A stretch of DNA of 63,934 bases, the filler included, from Octopus bimaculoides (lineage: Eukaryota), in the NCBI RefSeq assembly GCF_001194135.2. It is 4 parts of 4 records of this genome, joined end to end, with 100 filler letters (N's around TTAATTAATTAA, not from the genome) between each part and the next. Parts side by side here need not be neighbours in the genome. Positions count along the whole stretch, not along the records: positions 62,209 to 63,934 come from NW_026367578.1; 3 more parts are not named here. One strand, 5' to 3'. Position numbers and translations under genes: made by a program. Shown one piece after another: positions 62,209 to 63,934 of the stretch; the first letter of the stretch is position 1, and each line of letters starts with the position of its first letter. The notes below the pieces were generated by a model. That model saw nothing but the letters and a program-made list of their open reading frames with translations. It did not search any database and was not told where the DNA came from.

Positions 62209-63898
62209 GCTTAAAGGCAATTTCGGCCGAACTGATGTATTCCCGAACTCGAGTGCTGGTTGTGTTCTCGCCGCTCGCGTTTCTTCCGTTCACTCCGGGC
62301 TTGAAGTTTTTGTTGCCGCTGCTGTTGTGGAAACTGTCATCGCTGCTGTTATTACAGGACGTGGGTCCGGCGATGTCGTCGTAGTTGTTGCTGTTGTAGT
62401 AATCATCCCCGGCGGTACAGCTGGTATTACTGCTGCTGTTGCTGATGGTGTCATGGATGCTGTCGTTGTTAACTCTGGGCGTCGGACTGGTAGCTCCGCT
62501 GGTGTTGCTGGTGCTGGTGTGGTCGTCATCTCCGGCCGTAGCGCTGGTGCTGCGGTCGTTGTTGTCAGTGCTGGTGTTACTGCTGCTGTTGCCGATGGTG
62601 TCATGGATGCTGTCGTTGTTAACTCTCGGCGTGGGACTGGTAGCTCCGCTGGTGTTGCTGNNNNNNNNNNNTGATGGTGTCATGGATGCTGTCGTTGTTA
62701 ACTCTGGGCGTCGGACTGGTAGCTCCGCTGGTGTTGCTGGTGCTAGTGTGGTCGTCATATCCGGTCCTAGCTCTGGTGCTGCGGTCGTTGTTGTCAGTGC
62801 TGGTGTTACTGTTGCTGTTGCCGATGGTGTCATGGATGCTGTCGTTCTTAACTCTGGGCGTGGGACTGGTAGCTCCGCTGGTGTTGCTGGTGCTGGTGTG
62901 GTCGTCATCTCCGGCCGTAGCCCTGGNNNNNNNNNNNNNNNNNNNNNNNNNNNNNNNNNNGCTGGTGTTTCTGCTGCTTAAAGTGTTGCTACCTCTGTCG
63001 TTGTCATTGTTGTTGTTGATGTTGCTGGATGAGCCGTTGCTGTTATTACTTTGCTTGTTAGGACTGGATACCACTAGAGCCTCATATATGATTCTCTCAG
63101 CCTCACATTCCCACCACCTACTGAGAAGTCATTGTACTCCTTGCATGAGCAACCGGCCTCTGCTCGCCAAGGCCTCGTTGTAATGGGATAGCAACATCAA
63201 AAGATTCTTGATTCAAGGACAGGTTCGAGATCCTCTTGCTGACATTTTGCATTGGATTCCTGAACACGATAGGCAGGTGGCAGGAGGCTGTGTTGTTGTA
63301 GGACAGCCTCTCGTTTGGTTTGCGGCCTAGCGTGTCCTCTAGGAAGTTTTCGATGGTGAGGTTGGTCTCAATTGTTATTTTGAGTCCCATGGAGCCTAGA
63401 GTGCTAATTGGATCCTTTCTAAGTCTATCAAGGGTGTGCCGTTGGCTCCTCTAGAGATGGCCAGAGCGTCACCTCTGTAGAAATCAAAGAGGTCTGAAGG
63501 GAACCTCTTCCTTAAGGTGTCCAGGATGTATTGTCAAATGAGGTCAGAAATGTCGGCGCCGTCTTAAGTCCCATCGCTACATCAAAGGAACCCTCTGGGC
63601 CGGATTGTTTGACCCAGGTTGAACCTTTATTAAACTGCACCTTCTTCTTGGCATGCATGATGACTTATATGTATCTATCGCTAATATCAGTGAAGCCCCT
63701 AGCAAAGAAAAGTGCCTTGTACAGTAACCCTTTCGATATAGGTGAGTAAAAATGTCACGTTGGCTGAACCTTGCTCTACCGCTCTCCTGGTTGGTATGAA
63801 ACCATGAAATCGCCTCGTTGGTGTTGCACCATAGGTAGAGGTTGGAGGCTCTCCTTATGTCGTCATTGATCTTCCTTAGTATATATTTGCTCGCCACG
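62209..63898 (-). mobile_element. Decayed Penelope-like element (Naiad-like RT plus repeat-expanded linker)
   Basis: SKYILRKINDDIRRASNLYLWCNTNEAISWF, frameshifted FYSPISKGLLYKAL, SFDVAMG, DGADISDLI*, FYRGD, LKITIETNLTIENFL, NVSKRISNLS; followed by N/D/S/T-rich linker; endonuclease not reached before the gap. Confidence 0.88.
62420..62926 (-). repeat. 150-bp tandem repeat (50 codons) inside the PLE linker
   Basis: TGTCGTTGTTAACTCT recurs at 62461 and 62611; further units at about 62690 and 62840; array interrupted by gaps. Confidence 0.92.
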
Positions 63899-63934
63899 CA
63901 CGCACGCACACGCACACACACACACACACACACA

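Noticed and set aside
62153-62908. Host mucin gene (T/P/A-rich 50-aa repeats)
   Set aside because: Directly continuous with a PLE RT on the same strand; substitutions mildly favour another frame; no signal peptide or splice sites seen. Not fully excluded.
62420-62926. CRISPR-like array
   Set aside because: Units are contiguous near-identical 150-mers with no unique spacers; eukaryotic context, no cas genes.

Overview
Repeat-saturated, gappy, non-coding animal genomic DNA. The SINE families, dense microsatellites and TE mix look like a coleoid cephalopod (Octopus-like); this is inferred from recognising the repeats, not from a search. I find no intact host protein-coding gene: nearly all ORFs in the track are microsatellite or N-gap artefacts. 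Three 100-bp spacers (N44-TTAATTAATTAA-N44) show that four separately assembled pieces were joined, so adjacency across them is not reliable. Recognisable content: two decayed Penelope-like elements (Naiad-like RT, one with GIY-YIG, one with a 150-bp tandem-repeat linker), an RTE/BovB-like LINE, several R4/Dong-like, CR1-like and Tx1-like LINE relics, an internally deleted Helitron with its 3' end, Helentron-type non-autonomous elements, mariner and hAT transposase fragments, several foldback MITEs, about 30 tRNA-derived SINE copies of three families, and a solitary divergent 5.8S rRNA-like sequence. The most interesting signals are dispersed minimal hammerhead-ribozyme-like motifs, SINE-SINE junctions at a fixed tail, the lone 5.8S copy, and a MITE built around a telomeric palindrome. 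None is demonstrated to be a new functional system.
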